Assembly (NCBI GenBank): GCA_900088475.1
Contig: FLMG01003228.1
Coordinates: forward strand, 1-51,522
DNA: 51,522 bases
Source: Hyphochytrium catenoides
Lineage: Eukaryota > Protista > Hyphochytriomycota
Direction of reading: 5' to 3'
Shown here: in pieces, positions 48,910-51,522 of the stretch
Layout: every line of letters begins with the position of its first letter
Numbering within the stretch: the stretch's first letter is position 1
Translations under genes and position numbers: made by a program
Notes under the pieces: model-generated
Seen by the model: the letters and a program-made list of their open reading frames with translations, nothing else
Told to the model about the DNA's origin: nothing
Database searches by the model: none

Positions 48910-50679
48910 AAAGAGGAGGTCGATACATGAGCTTAGTTAGGTTTGCTGATGACGATGAGGGTATGGAAATACTCCGTGTAGTCAGAGCTCTAGTGAAGAG
49001 CATTTTGCTCACAACTAATTCATTCATCAAGTTCCAAAGAAAAGCGCTCAGCTATACGTTTAACCCTCCATCATGGCCGGCCAACAGGGGCGGAGTCTGC
49101 AAAGAAACACATGGACCCTGTAGTACTCGGAATGTAGCACTGTGATTGGACACTGGGAATGAGCAGCTACTGTAGCACACATGCCACAGCGGCGGCCACA
49201 CATTTGCTGTGCTTTATGGAGAGAAATGGAGAAGGAAGAACCGCGGTGTTAGCTAAGTGGACAAAGAGAGAGGGAGAGAAAGAGCACCAAGAAGAACTTG
49301 TCCAAAAGACAGAGTTCGTACGAAGGAGCAGAGAGAAGCAGGCAGGAGTGGAGAGGTAGGAGTGACGGACCAAGCATTAGTTATTGGAGTACGGGGGTGT
49401 GAAAAGCATGTAGGAAAACGTAACAGAGTAAGGGGACGGTAAAGGAAGCAAAGGGAATTGTTATAATAAGATAGGAGGGATAGGGGGGGAGCAGTTGCCA
49501 GTTGCTAGGGTAAGAAAAAGAGGTAAAGACGAAGAGGAAGGGAGAGAAAAAGCAGCTGATGCTATTACATAGGGGAAAGAGTTGGAGAATAGGGACAGAG
49601 AGAAGCAAGAGTGGGGGGGGTAGGAGTGAGGGACCAACGTGAATTGTTAGAGGTTAGGGTTGAGATGCATGTACGACAGTAGCAAAAGAGTCAAGCCGAC
49701 GGAGATAACAAGGGATTCATTTTCAAATTAGGAAAAATCTTGGATGAGCAGTTGCTTAATAGAGATAAAGATAGATAAAGACGAAAATCAAAGGAGAGAA
49801 AGAGCATCAGGATTGGCACAGAGAACAATGTTCGCAAGAATATCTAGAGTGAAGCAGACCGGCAAGTAGAGTGGAGACTAACTATCGGAGTAGAATTGAC
49901 AACACGTAGTCCAGAGGCAAAAGGGTTCAATAACAGAGGGCGCAATATAAGATAAGAAAGGATAGTGGGGGGAGTTGTTAGTAGGGTGAAAGAGAGACAC
50001 AGCTGAAGAGCAAGGTGGAAAGAGGGCCAGGAGAAAGGGATTGTGCAGAGGACGGAATTCGCTGAGAATAAGCAGAGCAAAACAGGAGCGGGGAAGTAGG
50101 AGTATGGGACAGATTGGAGTGCGGTTGGTCAACGCATTTAAAACAGTGTAAGCAAGTCAACGGGACGGTGGGGAGAGTATATCAAAGTTTAGGAGAGCCA
50201 ATGGGATAGCGATGGTAACAAAACGGGGAAAGAGAGGTAAAAATTGAAGAGCAGCGGAAGGAAAGGGCACCAAAAATTTGTACATATGATGGAGTTGTGG
50301 GGCAGACAAATAAAGAAAAGAGGGTGAATGATTGGAGTTGGGGTAGTAGAGTTAGGAGGGTGAAAGTCAATAAGCCTTTTCAAGGTTAGAAGAGTATGGG
50401 AGTGTAGTTGCAAACAAAGGGAGCATTTTCAAGTTATGAAATGATACTGAGGAGGGCACTTGGTGCCAGCGAGAACGAGAGATGTATTCAAAGAGCAAGA
50501 GAGGAAAGTGCACCACGAACATTTGTCCGGAGCATTGAGTTCGCGAGAAGGGGTAGAGAACTGAAAAGGGTGAAATAAGGGTGTAGGGGTAGTAGTCAGG
50601 CAGGCATGAGGTAAATAGGGGTCTGACGCATTAGGTCATAAGCAAAATCAGGCGGCCCGCAATGTAATAGGCAGAATCA

Positions 50680-51472
50680 GGACTGGGCAGCTGGTAAGGG
50701 CAGGTGGTTAGGGCTGAGGAGTTAGGCACAGGGCAGCTAGTTAAAAAACAGGCGGCGAGAAAGCGAAAGGGTATCGGGAAAGGGAAAGAGAGTTCGTCAG
50801 AAAAAACAGCGCGATAGGGAGTTCGTTAGCGAGCAAGTTAGAAAGAGGGTAGTTAGCGGGTTTGAGCGGGTTTGGCGGGTTATTGAATGAGCGGCTTAGT
50901 GAGCAAACAAATGAGCAGGTGAGGAAATAGTAGAAAAGGGCAGGGGGCTAGGAAAAGGGCAGCGGATTAGAAAAAGGCGGATTAGGGTTAGTGATGGCGA
51001 GCAGAATAGGGAAGATAGAAAGGCAGCGGGTCGGGAAAAAGCAGGAGATAAAAGGAAAGAGCAGCGGGTCAGCTAGCGGGTATAAAAGGTAGCGGATTAG
51101 GGGTAACGCAGAGGCTTACGGATGGGATTAGGGTTAGAGTAAAATAGGACGGGGTTAGGGATAGGCAATGGGATAGGTAGGATATGGTAGCGGCTTAAGG
51201 CAGCGGGTTAGGGCAGCGGTTAGCAGCGGTTAGGGATAGGGCAGCAGTTTACTGTCAGGGCAGCGAGGCTAGGCAGCGGGTTAGGGTTAGAACAGCGGAT
51301 TAGCGCAACGGTTAGGATAGCGGAAGAGAGCAGCGGGTTAGGGCTGCGGGTTAGGGCTGCGGGTAAGGCGGCGGGTAAAGGAGCGGGTATACAAGGGTAG
51401 CGGGTTAGGGATAAGGCAGCGGATTTGGGATGGGGACAGCGGGTTAGTATGAGATAGGGAGCGGGTTAGGGT
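50680..51472 (+). repeat. Degenerate subtelomere-like satellite, consensus ~CAGCGGGTTAGGG
   Basis: Many variants such as cagcgggttagggctgcgggttagggctgcggg (51331-51363). TTAGGG core on the G-rich + strand, with regularity rising toward the right end. Confidence 0.75.
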
Positions 51473-51522
51473 TGTTGAGGATCAAACTTTTCTCTCACGT
51501 TCCTTCATCTGACTCTTTGTGG

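Overview
Gene-dense, intron-containing eukaryotic DNA from a flagellated protist. SF-assemblin and a CFAP52-like WD40 gene are present; a stramenopile-like affinity is my inference only. I hand-spliced 13 protein-coding genes: Venus-flytrap receptor TKL kinase, SCFD2/MIP3, organellar-type LysRS, Caprin-like RGG protein, SWIB-SWIB-RING protein, SF-assemblin, eIF3k, NAA30, ankyrin-TPR protein, RPP30, CFAP52-like WD40, ABCB10-like transporter and NDR kinase. After these come a decayed pogo/Fot1-type transposase and a purine-skewed, subtelomere-like tail with a degenerate 13-nt TTAGGG-containing repeat. Three observations stand out. (1) An MDM2-like architecture in a non-animal: SWIB/MDM2-fold domains plus a C-terminal C2H2C4 RING with exact MDM2 spacing. 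(2) A U12-type AT-AC intron in the LysRS gene, implying a minor spliceosome. (3) A natriuretic-receptor-like ectodomain wired to an apparently active TKL kinase, with no cyclase and a very long activation loop. All homology calls come from motif recognition by eye; no searches were run.
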